From positions 3,232,001-3,296,000 of the forward strand of contig OZ242029.1 of NCBI GenBank assembly GCA_965205015.1: DNA of 64,000 nucleotides, read 5' to 3'. The notes beneath the pieces were generated by a model. The model made no database searches. It saw only the letters and a list, made by a program, of their open reading frames with translations, and had not been told where the DNA came from. This DNA is from Candidatus Poribacteria bacterium (GTDB taxonomy: Bacteria; Poribacteria; WGA-4E; WGA-3G). The first letter of the stretch is position 1. The number at the start of each line of letters is the position of its first letter. A program made the translations under genes and the position numbers. Positions 18,127 through 28,051 of the stretch are shown piece after piece.

Positions 18127-19650
18127 TTAAGATTGACGTGCTTCGTTGCGAAGCCCGATCCAGACACAGGCTGCCATTCCGAATAGCACAGCTGCGAACG
18201 GGAAGCCTGCCACGAGGGAGGCTGCTTGCAACGAACTCAGACCCCCGCCAAGCAATAGGACGATGGCAACGGCACCCTCAGCTGTGCACCAGAACACTCG
18301 GTGAGATACAGGGGCGTCAAGTTTGCCGCCTGCCGTGATGGTATCAATGACGAGCGAACCAGAGTCTGATGAGGTAACAAAAAAGATGACCGTCAGCAGC
18401 ATCGCGATAGTGGATACCAGGGTCGTCATCGGCAGTTCGTCAAGCATTTTGAACAACGAGAGTTCCGGCTTATACGCTTCCACAGTTTCCGACACACCTG
18501 TGTAGCCATCAGCGATCTGATCAAGAGCAGTGCCGCCAAAGGCACTAAACCATATTAAACACAACAGGGTGGGTAGCAGTAATACACCGATGATAAACTC
18601 GCGAACCGTCCGTCCCTTTGAAATTCGGGCGATGAAGGTGCCGACGAACGGGGCCCAAGCGATCCACCACGCCCAATAGAACGTTGTCCATCCGTGGAGA
18701 AACCCTGTGTCTGTGCGGCCGACCCAGTTGCTGAGGGGCCTCATCTTAGAGATATAGGCGGTCAGTCCAGTGAACAGACCTTTAAATATGGCAATTTTTG
18801 GACCGACGAGGAGGACAAAGAGTAGCAGCAAAAACGCGAGAATCACATTGAACTGGCTGAGGCGTTTGATGCCCACATTCAGCCCTGTCAGCACGGAGAT
18901 GAGCGCGACTGCGGTTATGACCACTATCAGGACCACCATGGTGGTGTTGGTCGCGGGAACCTCAAAGAGATAGTTGAGTCCGGCGGTCACTTGCTGGGCA
19001 CCTAAGCCGAGTGAGGTAGCGAGCCCGAACAAACTGGCGAAGACGGCGAGTGTATCAATGACATGGCCCGGCCAGCCCCATATTCGTTCACCGAGGACGG
19101 GATAGAATGCAGAGCGGATGGTGAGCGGGAGTCCTCGGTTGTAGGCGAAGAATGCCAGAGCAAGTCCGACGACTCCGTAGACTGCCCAGCCGTGTATGCC
19201 CCAGTGAAAGGTCGTTGCTGCGATACCGATGGCTGCATCGGTTTTCGCTTCACCGCCGAGGGGTGGACTCATAAAGTGTTGGACGGGTTCCAAGACTCCG
19301 AAGAATAGGAGCCCGATACCGATGCCGGATGCAAAGAGCATGGCGAACCAAGTGAGGTTGGAGTATTCAGGAACGGCATCTCGTCCGCCGAGGCGGATCT
19401 TGCCCAATGGGGAGACAATCAAAAATAGGCAGAACACGACCAGGAGGTTGACAATGTCCATGAACCACCAGTCGAAGTTTGTGGTGAGCCATTTTCGGGT
19501 AGCCCCGAAAAGGCTTGTTGCCCCTTCCCGGAACACGAGGGATGCGATGACAAAAATGACGATGACGATTGAAGAAATGAGAAAAACGGGGGTCAGCCCA
19601 AATATTTTGGTGTCGTTCTGGAGATGTTTTCCTTCTTCGTGCATTTTCAA
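18127..19650 (-). CDS. BCCT-family betaine/choline/carnitine transporter
   Basis: WFAMLFASGIGIG, FHWGIHGW and WTTFYWAWWIAWAPFVG.FIARISKGRT motifs. Confidence 0.95.
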   Translation of the reverse strand: MKMHEEGKHLQNDTKIFGLTPVFLISSIVIVIFVIASLVFREGATSLFGATRKWLTTNFDWWFMDIVNLLVVFCLFLIVSPLGKIRLGGRDAVPEYSNLTWFAMLFASGIGIGLLFFGVLEPVQHFMSPPLGGEAKTDAAIGIAATTFHWGIHGWAVYGVVGLALAFFAYNRGLPLTIRSAFYPVLGERIWGWPGHVIDTLAVFASLFGLATSLGLGAQQVTAGLNYLFEVPATNTTMVVLIVVITAVALISVLTGLNVGIKRLSQFNVILAFLLLLFVLLVGPKIAIFKGLFTGLTAYISKMRPLSNWVGRTDTGFLHGWTTFYWAWWIAWAPFVGTFIARISKGRTVREFIIGVLLLPTLLCLIWFSAFGGTALDQIADGYTGVSETVEAYKPELSLFKMLDELPMTTLVSTIAMLLTVIFFVTSSDSGSLVIDTITAGGKLDAPVSHRVFWCTAEGAVAIVLLLGGGLSSLQAASLVAGFPFAAVLFGMAACVWIGLRNEARQS

Positions 19651-19746
19651 AATTCTCCTTTTAGAGTTGCGTTAGCGGTTTTTCAACCGCGCACGGAACG
19701 GAGTGCGCTTACAAAGCGCGCATCCAGTGGAAGGTCGCATAGCTGA

Positions 19747-21063
19747 TTAGAAATAGTAACCGAAGTTGAAGTTAAGTCGCCAATGCCATACGTTATTTCC
19801 GTTGGCACCCACGTGGTTAACTCCAGTAAGGATATTCCCGTATTTATCTCCCGTGTTACCGACAAAAAAGTTGCCATCGGAGAGTGCAAAATCACTATAA
19901 ACATACAATGCACCCAAGATTGTCCAACTTGCGCCGAGCGTTACGAGTGTGCTGGCGTTGTAGTCATCTACAGTTTTGAGGATAGTGCTCCACTCCGCAT
20001 AGGGCGTAACGCTGTCAATCCATGAGATACTTGAGGTATCTATACCCCCGTATCGCAGTGATAGTCCGGGTATTAATCCTTTAGATGCGACGGGCCATGC
20101 GAAGTCGTAAGCACCCATTGGAATTAGGTCTCCGGTACCCCAAGGCGTTTTGTCAGTGATGTTATGCGCGTAATAAGAGAATTGTGAAAAGAGCGTGAAG
20201 TCTGCGAAGGTATTCTTTGCATGTGCCGAGAATGCATAGTGGTTACCACTATCATCGCTACCTACATTTGTCCCTTTCAGCAACCCGAATTGCAGTGACA
20301 CACCGACATCCGCGATGTTCTCAAGTGCGTAGATGGCTCGGAGATTAACTTGATGCTGCTCATCAAACCCGTTTTCACCGGCACCCCACTCGACGTTTCC
20401 TTTGGCATCGGCTTTTTCTTCCCATTTGACGACATCATAACTGTATCTTGAACTCGCCAGACTGCCATACTTTATCAGTTGAGGGTCGGTCAGCGGGTAG
20501 TAGCCGACATCAAGCGTCAGTTTATCAAAGGTATCATTCCATCTGATCCCTAAGTCCATGTCATCGGCGAGTCCGACATAAAAATGCTGGTCAAAAAACC
20601 AGCTCGTCGAAATTCCGTAGGCGGTCGGACCGAAGGGCACGCGCACAATACCCGCTTTAACTGTGCCAGAATCACCGAGTTTATACCCCAACCATGCGGT
20701 GTGTATCATGCTGTAGCCATCATACCATCGGTATTCAAGCCGACTGATGATGTTGTTATAGTCCAAGTCAGCATTGAGGCGGAAAATCTCAAGGTCAACA
20801 TCACCGATTTTTTCGCCTCGAGGGTGTGGGTTCTCCTCATCGCCGTACTTACCGTAGGCGTAGTTGACCCGCATTGCTCCGCCGACTTTAATGGGACTCT
20901 TCTTCGGTGCTGGCGTCTCAACAGTTTCGGTTGTCTCTTCGGTTGTATCAGCCATCGCGAACGGCGCAACGATTAGCAAAAATGCGATACCGAAGCCGAA
21001 GATGTGTTGATATTTTCGATTTTTCATAAGCAAAAAGTTTATGAAACCTCCATATTGATGCAT
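19747..21063 (-). CDS. Putative outer-membrane beta-barrel porin
   Basis: Signal peptide, alternating aromatic beta strands, C-terminal NFGYYF (terminal Phe). Confidence 0.75.
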   Translation of the reverse strand: MHQYGGFINFLLMKNRKYQHIFGFGIAFLLIVAPFAMADTTEETTETVETPAPKKSPIKVGGAMRVNYAYGKYGDEENPHPRGEKIGDVDLEIFRLNADLDYNNIISRLEYRWYDGYSMIHTAWLGYKLGDSGTVKAGIVRVPFGPTAYGISTSWFFDQHFYVGLADDMDLGIRWNDTFDKLTLDVGYYPLTDPQLIKYGSLASSRYSYDVVKWEEKADAKGNVEWGAGENGFDEQHQVNLRAIYALENIADVGVSLQFGLLKGTNVGSDDSGNHYAFSAHAKNTFADFTLFSQFSYYAHNITDKTPWGTGDLIPMGAYDFAWPVASKGLIPGLSLRYGGIDTSSISWIDSVTPYAEWSTILKTVDDYNASTLVTLGASWTILGALYVYSDFALSDGNFFVGNTGDKYGNILTGVNHVGANGNNVWHWRLNFNFGYYF

Positions 21064-21118
21064 AGGTTTTTTTCTCCTTCGTTAGGTAATACCATTCAAT
21101 TTCAATTATGATTAAAAC

Positions 21119-21209
21119 AGGACTTACGCAGCATCCTTTGCTGTCGAGGTGTGAAACCTCACCAGCGGCGTGTGGGCCGTAGGTTTTCTATGGAAATTGC
21201 GTAAGTTCT
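21119..21209. repeat. MITE-like element CAGGACTTACGCA...TGCGTAAGTTCT with internal REP hairpin
   Basis: Terminal inverted repeats visible; same family as 15624-15858. Confidence 0.6.
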
Positions 21210-21218
21210 ATAAAATAT

Positions 21219-21252
21219 AAAAACTCGCCCACAATCTGATTGTAGGCGAGTT
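21219..21252 (-). terminator. Probable intrinsic terminator
   Basis: AAAAACTCGCCCACAATC-T-GATTGTAGGCGAGTT hairpin just past the 21262 stop. Confidence 0.65.
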
Positions 21253-21261
21253 AGATAGACG

Positions 21262-23331
21262 CTATTGCATTTGCCCCATACCCTGCATCATTGCAAAAGT
21301 TTGGATAAGCTGCTTAAAATCACCGAGCGTCAGCAAAAGTTTCGCACCGATACCAGCGTCCTCGACTTTCGCTGAAAAACCGATGCTATAGTTCTCTGGC
21401 AGGTTCATAAACAATCCCGACATCATTTGCAAGGCGGCAGCACTATTCGGATCCACTGACTTCGCGAGAATCGGTAAAAGGCTTTTAACCAAAGTCATTG
21501 GAGACATGGCAAAAAATAGGTTACTCTCCAAGTCCAAGGTCGTGACCAGTTTTTCGTAACTCGGTTCTGCAGAGAAAACAGGGGCGGTACCGACGCCCGA
21601 CTTGTTGTCCAAAGCCATTTTCATCAATTCCTCGCTGCCCATCACCATAAACAGGTGATCACCGGTAATAGCATAGTACCAGTGCCATTCATTTGGCATC
21701 AACCCGGCGACCTCGGGTGGCATCTCTCCGAAAGCACTGCTGAAGTTCGGGAAGACATAACTTTTAATTTCAACGCCATTATGTAGCATGGGCTCACCTT
21801 GATACGCCCCTTCGTACATATTCAGACTAACAACATCACCCACCATGTTTTGAGCCAATGCCATTGCGTCTTGGAGTTGTTTAAGCAACCCCTTTTCCAT
21901 ATAGGTTTTCGCCTTTTGTTCATCTTTGAGTCCATAGATAACTAAATAATCTGGAATGACGCTATCACTAAAATTGGCGGAGAATGTCCATTCTTCATCA
22001 AGCGCCTCATAAAAGTCTTCCGTTTGTTTGACGAGGGATGCAAGCATCTCAGCCTGTTCTGGGTCGGCGTCCTGTGAAAGCATTCTCATCCAGAACAGGC
22101 TCATCTCAATCATCAGTTCGGGTTTCCCCTGAAGTGCTCCGTTCATAAACGCCGGACTCGGGAGTTCACCAAGGAGGGTCAATTCATGGGGAGCCATCTC
22201 TTTTAACGCGTTCTGAATTCCGCTATTGTTCTGGAACTTCAGAAATGGGGCGAGTTTGACATCGGTTCCTTCCACTTCAAGCGTTGCACTCAGAGATTTT
22301 AGCTGCCCAAGTATATTTGTCACCATGTCAAACATACTTTTAAGGAAGGGGGCTGCTGTCATGGCTCCTGGATCGCTTTCGAGGCCGTCTTGCATTAACT
22401 CTGATTCCTCTTCAAGGGACGCACTCAAGACAGGCACGACTGATTCAATATCGAAGTGCACTGCGAGCTGCGCCGTCCCCACTGAAATATCAGCAAGAAA
22501 TGCCTGATAATCTGGATTGCTTGTGATGGAAGGTTTTGTCTTGTTATAGGTATCAATGACGCTTTCACACACTTCGGCGGATCGAGAAAAAACGAGGGTG
22601 TTGTCTATAATAGCGAAACTACCACCCCCTCCAGTGGCGTTCCAATAGGTTACGCCGTTATATTCTATCGGTGCGCTGCCTTCGCTTTCGGCATCAATCA
22701 CCTGTTTCATGGCTGTGGGGTCTATGAGATGCACGGTTGCGGAGAGATCGGGTGGGTTCAAGGAGGTCATGAAGATCGCAAAATCTTGATTCATATCCAA
22801 CCCGATTTCCTCCAATTCACTAAGACTCTCGAAACCAGCACCAAAGGTACGTGCCAAGATTTTGGCGATGACTTCTGGGTTTTCAGTGGTCGGCATCAAG
22901 TCCATTGCCAACATGTTAACTCGATTGTTTAGTGCATTCAGACTGGGACAATAAATGATCCCGGCTGTGTGTTTGGGTATGAGATGTAGCACACTGCTGC
23001 TCGGGATTTCCACCATTGGTGTTGCTTCTTCAGGTTCGACTTCACGGTGCCTTTCCTCTTCAGCTGCGTGTGTTTCTTCCGAGGATTCTTGGTGTTCATC
23101 AGAATCCTGTTCTTCAGCGTGTGCTTCTTCCGAGGATTCTTGGTGTTCATCAAGATCCTGCTCTATGACTTGCGACTCTTCCTGTTTTTTTTCGGATTCT
23201 TGTTGTGTTACAGGTGCTTCGGTGGTAATTGGGACTGGAGGGGTCTCTTTCGCGCCGCAACCCGCGAATGCAAGCATTGTCAGTAGTGCCAATGCAATAA
23301 GCGGTAAAAACAAACATCTCTTCATTATCAA
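21262..23331 (-). CDS. Large hypothetical lipoprotein with acidic N-terminal linker
   Basis: Lipobox-like FAGC, 689-aa ORF, RBS GAGGAG. Confidence 0.75.
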   Translation of the reverse strand: MIMKRCLFLPLIALALLTMLAFAGCGAKETPPVPITTEAPVTQQESEKKQEESQVIEQDLDEHQESSEEAHAEEQDSDEHQESSEETHAAEEERHREVEPEEATPMVEIPSSSVLHLIPKHTAGIIYCPSLNALNNRVNMLAMDLMPTTENPEVIAKILARTFGAGFESLSELEEIGLDMNQDFAIFMTSLNPPDLSATVHLIDPTAMKQVIDAESEGSAPIEYNGVTYWNATGGGGSFAIIDNTLVFSRSAEVCESVIDTYNKTKPSITSNPDYQAFLADISVGTAQLAVHFDIESVVPVLSASLEEESELMQDGLESDPGAMTAAPFLKSMFDMVTNILGQLKSLSATLEVEGTDVKLAPFLKFQNNSGIQNALKEMAPHELTLLGELPSPAFMNGALQGKPELMIEMSLFWMRMLSQDADPEQAEMLASLVKQTEDFYEALDEEWTFSANFSDSVIPDYLVIYGLKDEQKAKTYMEKGLLKQLQDAMALAQNMVGDVVSLNMYEGAYQGEPMLHNGVEIKSYVFPNFSSAFGEMPPEVAGLMPNEWHWYYAITGDHLFMVMGSEELMKMALDNKSGVGTAPVFSAEPSYEKLVTTLDLESNLFFAMSPMTLVKSLLPILAKSVDPNSAAALQMMSGLFMNLPENYSIGFSAKVEDAGIGAKLLLTLGDFKQLIQTFAMMQGMGQMQ
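23066..23163 (-). repeat. 51-bp in-frame tandem repeat (EQD.DEHQESSEE.HA) x2
   Basis: Direct repeat visible in both DNA and protein. Confidence 0.85.
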
Positions 23332-23391
23332 TTTCTCCTCAAGTGGTGGACAACCTGTGGGTGTATCCGCACCAGATTTATGGTGTTAATT

Positions 23392-24513
23392 TTAGGTTTT
23401 TGATATTTTTTCTTCAAGTGCATTGATTTCCGCATTGGAAGCCAATACGCCGATTTCGACCTCATAGTGCCTACGACCCCCGGGTTCAATATATTGTAGG
23501 GCACCGCGTTCACGTTCCTTTGCCCTGCCTTCTACCCCGCAATTCGAGGGTTCTAAACCGAAGACATAACTGCCTTCTCCGCACATCTTCCACTGAACAA
23601 AGTGCGGGAACTGCGTTTTGTGGTAGCGTACCGATACACCGATACCTTGCCCATCATTAAAATTGCGGTTTACAAGCGCGACGTAGATGTGGTTATCAAT
23701 ATCGGGTTCCATTTCGTGATAGAAAACCTCTTCTTGGAAATCGACGGTTGGCGGTTCGCAGAGATTATAATTGTTCAAGTTTGCAGCAGCCTGTTCGTCA
23801 CGCGGGGTGACCTGTGAGGAGGGAGCAAGTAGTTCACTGTCTTGCGTAAGAATTGGAAATCCGACGTTAATATGGAAGAGGTACATGTGTGGTGAATCTT
23901 GGTATCCCAGGTTTTCGACGATATCCTCAACGTGCAACGTACGCGACCCTAACTCGGTCCAAATTCGACGGGTGCGAATGAGATTTTCACCCAAAGCGGC
24001 GGTTTCTCGCACCTTTCCCTGCGCCCATAACATGTAGCGCTGTCCTTCCCATCGACTGTCCACCCAAACGTTCTTGGCAGGGATATGCGAGACTCTGCCG
24101 TGAAGTCCTAATGCCTCATCGTCATCTTCGCCGGGGACACCGACTTGTCGCATACCGCAAGTTGTCAGCAAGCCGCCATAAAACCCCCGTAGCCAACCGA
24201 GTCCATCAGGTTCATAATGTGCAGGATTTACATCGCCCGTACTCGAACGCCAGCAGAGCGGGATACCCTGATATTCTGCATAAGAGATATCCAAGCCACG
24301 ACTCGGCAGGACGGTGAAACTAAGACCACTACCGGTTCGGAAGTCGATAGCGTCAACGCCCTTTTCGTTGCCGTCCGTGAGTTGGTACATTTTGGCATGG
24401 GCAATTTGCGAGACATCTCCGAGATGGCGAAGCAGTTGCATTCTGTCATACGTTGCTCCATATAAGTTTATCAAATTAAGGTTCCCCTTTCTGGTGTATC
24501 TTGATCGTTTCAA
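23392..24513 (-). CDS. DUF4432 / aldose 1-epimerase-like protein
   Basis: RGLDI, GLLTTCG, LHGR.S..PA, HINVGFP, QWK and GLEP motifs. Confidence 0.88.
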   Translation of the reverse strand: MKRSRYTRKGNLNLINLYGATYDRMQLLRHLGDVSQIAHAKMYQLTDGNEKGVDAIDFRTGSGLSFTVLPSRGLDISYAEYQGIPLCWRSSTGDVNPAHYEPDGLGWLRGFYGGLLTTCGMRQVGVPGEDDDEALGLHGRVSHIPAKNVWVDSRWEGQRYMLWAQGKVRETAALGENLIRTRRIWTELGSRTLHVEDIVENLGYQDSPHMYLFHINVGFPILTQDSELLAPSSQVTPRDEQAAANLNNYNLCEPPTVDFQEEVFYHEMEPDIDNHIYVALVNRNFNDGQGIGVSVRYHKTQFPHFVQWKMCGEGSYVFGLEPSNCGVEGRAKERERGALQYIEPGGRRHYEVEIGVLASNAEINALEEKISKT

Positions 24514-24761
24514 TTCAAGGGCGTTTCCTTCAAGCCTGTATTGAGAAGATGAATCAAATTTTTTGTGTTCTGTTGCTGAAATGAAATTATAGTATATATC
24601 ATAAAAAAAAGCAAATTTTTCGTTTCAGTATGGATAGGAGGAATCATGTGAGGTAGTTCATTATCTAAAGCAATTTTAGTTGTCCTGACTTCGGGTTTAT
24701 GGTATTCTTAATACCATTGAAGTTGCTCTTAGATGTCCAAAAGGAAGTGGCTGACTGAGTT

Positions 24762-25046
24762 ATGTATATTGAGGATTGCATCTGGCTGCCTGACATTTTG
24801 GTTAAACTGTTCGTCAAACATCATGTTACACAAAAGGAAGTTGAAGAAATATTTTTCAATCGTCCGAAATACCGTTTTGTTGAATCAGGATATAGAAAAG
24901 GGGAAGATGTATATTCTGCCGCTGGACAGACAGATGCCGGCCGTTACTTGATTGTATTCTTCATTCAGAAACCGGGCAATTTGGCACTCGTTTTGAGTGC
25001 CCGCGATATGGATCAAAAGGAGAGAAAAAGGTATGAGAAAAAATAA
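24762..25046 (+). CDS. BrnT-family toxin
   Basis: KHHVTQKEVEEIF, GQTDAGRYLIVFF and SARDMDQKERKRY motifs. Confidence 0.85.
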   Translation: MYIEDCIWLPDILVKLFVKHHVTQKEVEEIFFNRPKYRFVESGYRKGEDVYSAAGQTDAGRYLIVFFIQKPGNLALVLSARDMDQKERKRYEKK

Positions 25047-25311
25047 AGATAAACAGGTTACCAGTATATCCAAAGCGAGAACATTAGAAGAGATAGCTGA
25101 TTTCTGGGATACACATAGTTTGGCCGACCATTGGGATGAAACGCATGAGGTCGATTTTGAGGTGCGGATGCAGCGGAAGTGTCATGTGACACTCACGCCA
25201 GAGATCTATGAAAAGATTGAAAGGCACGCGCGAGAGCAGGGCGTTTTACCGGAAACCTTAGTCAATCTGTGGCTGGCTGAATGTCTCCAAAGGATCGAAT
25301 CAACGACGTGA
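25033..25311 (+). CDS. BrnA/CopG-like antitoxin
   Basis: EEIADFWDTHSLAD motif and C-terminal RHH-like AREQGV..ETLVNLWL; ATG at 25033 overlaps the toxin end. Confidence 0.8.
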   Translation: MRKNKDKQVTSISKARTLEEIADFWDTHSLADHWDETHEVDFEVRMQRKCHVTLTPEIYEKIERHAREQGVLPETLVNLWLAECLQRIESTT

Positions 25312-25337
25312 AAATATTCACAAAGGAAAGTTACTGA

Positions 25338-25640
25338 ATGATTAAGTTTAGCGAATTGAAGCAGGTCCCACTACGTGAAATATGGCAACATGAAGCAAGC
25401 GACTTTACCCCGTGGCTGGCGAAGAATATTCAGAAGTTGGGAGACGCGCTCGGAATGGATCTTGAGCTCGTAGATAGAGAGGCATCTGTTGGAGATTTCT
25501 CTCTTGATCTTTTGGCAAGTGAATTAGAAGGAATTAAAGAGTGGCACATTGAGAATTTGCTGAAACTCAAAAAGGTATTTCAGCCTGAAATAGAACAGGC
25601 TCTGGAGGCACTCAATTCCAGCAAAGGAGAGGAGTCATGA
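25338..25640 (+). pseudogene. Internally deleted DUF4268-type protein (N- and C-termini fused)
   Basis: LREIWQHEASDFTPWLA…VGDFSLDLLA joined directly to a W...L.KLKKVF.P C-terminus; about 100 aa where roughly 300 are expected. Confidence 0.65.
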
Positions 25641-26317
25641 AAAAAATTACGGAGATGAACCCGGTTGAATTCCGCGAGTTGCTACATACCCTTGTTAACG
25701 AAGAACTCTTCAAATCACAAGAACGACTTGCCAAATTGCTGGCGAGAAATGGCACTCAGGAGGCACTGGAGGCGGAATTCTTTCACTTTCACGGCGACAC
25801 TGAAGATCTGGGGGGTTGGTTTGAGGAATATGAGGAAGATCCACTTAAAGGACTCGACCTACATACGCCGCTTGCTAAAAAACTCAAGAGGCAACGCGAG
25901 TACATCCTCGCCAATCGGAAGACAACTCTTGAAGAACGAATCCATAGAAGGATGGGAGTCTATCTTAAAAGTGACCCCATGCCAGATAAGAAAATTATTG
26001 AGTTGTCCCCCACTGAATTCCGAGAACTGCTACGGACGCTGGTCACCCAGGATATTTTTCTCTCGCGGAAACGACTCGGGGCGTTGCTTGAACAGAACGC
26101 TTCAACAGAACAATTGGATGCTGCATTTCGGGAGTTTTTCGTCGCTTATGAACTCTTGGAGCTTGCCTTGGAGGATTACCATTACGATCCAGATGAAGGT
26201 CTAGAGATGCAACCTGAATTTGCAGAAGAGTTAGATCGGAGGATAGAAGATTACGAAACGGGCAGGGCTAAATTGATTCCAATGGAAAAAGTTTTCAAGA
26301 AGTTGGGAATAGAGTGA
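25637..26317 (+). CDS. Putative antitoxin built from two tandem homologous domains
   Basis: Internal repeat KKI.E..P.EFRELL.TLV; C-terminal DPDEGLE..PEF…IPMEKVFKKLGIE; translationally coupled to RelE. Confidence 0.6.
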   Translation: MKKITEMNPVEFRELLHTLVNEELFKSQERLAKLLARNGTQEALEAEFFHFHGDTEDLGGWFEEYEEDPLKGLDLHTPLAKKLKRQREYILANRKTTLEERIHRRMGVYLKSDPMPDKKIIELSPTEFRELLRTLVTQDIFLSRKRLGALLEQNASTEQLDAAFREFFVAYELLELALEDYHYDPDEGLEMQPEFAEELDRRIEDYETGRAKLIPMEKVFKKLGIE

Positions 26318-26577
26318 CAATGTATACGTTAACAATGGACTCACGGGCTGAATCGGATTTAGCGCGTTTATCCCCTCCGATAGCCCGGCGGGTTCGCAGA
26401 AGGCTGGAGCGACTATGCAAAGATCCTGACACTCAGCATCACAAAGCACTGAAAGGTAAACACAAAGGAAAATTTAGTTTAAGAATTGCTAAACATTACC
26501 GGGTTATTTATTTTTTGGATAGAAGGACCAAAGAGGTGGTTGTTCACCAAATTGGACATCGGAGCAAAGTCTACTAA
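26314..26577 (+). CDS. RelE/ParE-family toxin
   Basis: A..DL.RL, KALKG, LRI...YRVIY and IGHRSKVY motifs. Confidence 0.88.
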   Translation: MTMYTLTMDSRAESDLARLSPPIARRVRRRLERLCKDPDTQHHKALKGKHKGKFSLRIAKHYRVIYFLDRRTKEVVVHQIGHRSKVY

Positions 26578-26606
26578 GTCGGTTTTATCTGTGAGAAATT
26601 TGAACT

Positions 26607-27155
26607 ATGCAAAACTTAGCACAAGTTCCCTTTTGTGTAGGTCATATCACCATTGACAAGGTTCACTGGTTCCTTGACCTCTTTGATGAACTCGATATTA
26701 CAGTTTGGATTGACGGTGGCTGGGGCGTTGATGCCCTATTGGGTGAATCGACCCGAGAACATCAGGATTTGGATATTATGATTTCATGGGAGGATTCAGC
26801 AATACTCACCGCTGCACTCTATCAACACGGCTTTGTTGATATTCATACCGATGACCGTAAGGATCGAAACTTCGTGATGGGACATCCATCACACGGGAGG
26901 ATCGACTTCCATGTCATCGAGCTTACCGAAGAAGGCGGCGCGATCTACGGTCCCGGTGACATCGATTGGGTAATCACCGAATCGGAGTTGCGTGCTGTTG
27001 GTTTTATTGGAGGACGGGAAGTGCGATGTTTGTCAGTGGATTACCAAGTCCGTTCGCACGCTGGTTACACGTTGCAAGATACGGATTTTGCTGATATGCG
27101 AGCACTGCAGGAGAAGTTCGGCGTTAAGTTGCTTGCTGAGCAGATTAACGTTTAA
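26607..27155 (+). CDS. Nucleotidyltransferase, LinA/ANT(2'')-like family
   Basis: WIDGGWGVDALLG..TREHQDLD motif; VRCLS...Q...H.GY....D..D C-terminus. Confidence 0.85.
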   Translation: MQNLAQVPFCVGHITIDKVHWFLDLFDELDITVWIDGGWGVDALLGESTREHQDLDIMISWEDSAILTAALYQHGFVDIHTDDRKDRNFVMGHPSHGRIDFHVIELTEEGGAIYGPGDIDWVITESELRAVGFIGGREVRCLSVDYQVRSHAGYTLQDTDFADMRALQEKFGVKLLAEQINV

Positions 27156-27182
27156 CAAAACAATGACGCCATAGGGAAGACC

Positions 27183-27256
27183 GGCGAGGTTAGGAAACCT
27201 CGCCTACCGGGGTAGGGGATCTTCCTGAGAAAGTCGGGGATGGAAACCTCTCCTAC
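27183..27256 (-). repeat. Two GTAG-type REP hairpins between convergent genes
   Basis: GGCGAGGTTAGGAAACCTCGCCTAC and GGGGATGGAAACCTCTCCTAC; relatives at 7486-7506 and 53877-53900. Confidence 0.7.
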
Positions 27257-27263
27257 AGGTCTC

Positions 27264-27905
27264 TTAATGTTTCCAGAAGAGCGTAACAACACCCGCGATC
27301 ATCAAAGCAATAGACCATAATAGATCCATGTTAAACCATGCTTTGCGGAGCAGCGCAAGTCCCACCACCTCATAAACGATAATTGCTACAATCCCCATCA
27401 CGACGAAGAAACTGAGCGTATGCACGCCAACTGCGGATAATAACATCGTCGCGTTATGTGCCATGCTTGCAGGGGCGTGGTGCATGTGTGCGGATGCCTC
27501 GGCGGCAGGCATGCGTAAGAGCAGCGGTGCCAGCATCAAACCCGCCCCGTGTGCGGATGCCATCAAGAAGGACCAAATCGTTAAGTCTTTGAAGTTAACA
27601 CGCATCCCGACCCATTTCGGATGCCGCGCTCGGAAAAACTTGTATACGCCAAAACCGAACAACACAGTTGCACAAGCGATACGAAGCACGCCTTCCGGGA
27701 GTTGTTGCTGTGCCAAGGCAATGACGAAGACCACAACTGCGATGGATATTGCGTGTCCGAGTGCCATCGGGAAGAGTGCCCCGATAACGGCGCTTCTCCG
27801 CTTTTCTTGCATGCCCAATGCGACAGCAAAAAGCCATCCCATCCCCGGATTAATACCGTGAAATACGCCGAGGAGCGTATAGCTTAACCATGAAACAGTG
27901 TCCAT
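27264..27905 (-). CDS. His-motif integral membrane protein downstream of SBP56 (possible metal transporter/chaperone)
   Basis: About 6 hydrophobic segments; HGINPGMGW, GHA, SAHGAG, HMHH and VHT motifs; start placed at ATG 27905. Confidence 0.7.
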   Translation of the reverse strand: MDTVSWLSYTLLGVFHGINPGMGWLFAVALGMQEKRRSAVIGALFPMALGHAISIAVVVFVIALAQQQLPEGVLRIACATVLFGFGVYKFFRARHPKWVGMRVNFKDLTIWSFLMASAHGAGLMLAPLLLRMPAAEASAHMHHAPASMAHNATMLLSAVGVHTLSFFVVMGIVAIIVYEVVGLALLRKAWFNMDLLWSIALMIAGVVTLFWKH

Positions 27906-28051
27906 AAAAATATATCTTTCCAGTGATAATATAAGGGTGCTACAAGAAAACTTGCGCACCCTATTTTTAAACGGTATTGTAGTGACGTGCGCCCTTCGGG
28001 AACGAGATTGAAAATCTCCCCAGGGCCCCCATCAGGAATACCATTCGATTC

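Noticed and set aside
26607-27155. Bona fide antibiotic-resistance gene
   Set aside because: Only family-level motifs are visible; the substrate cannot be inferred from sequence.
24762-27155. Integron cassette array
   Set aside because: The genes overlap or abut with no attC-like sites, and no integrase is in the window.
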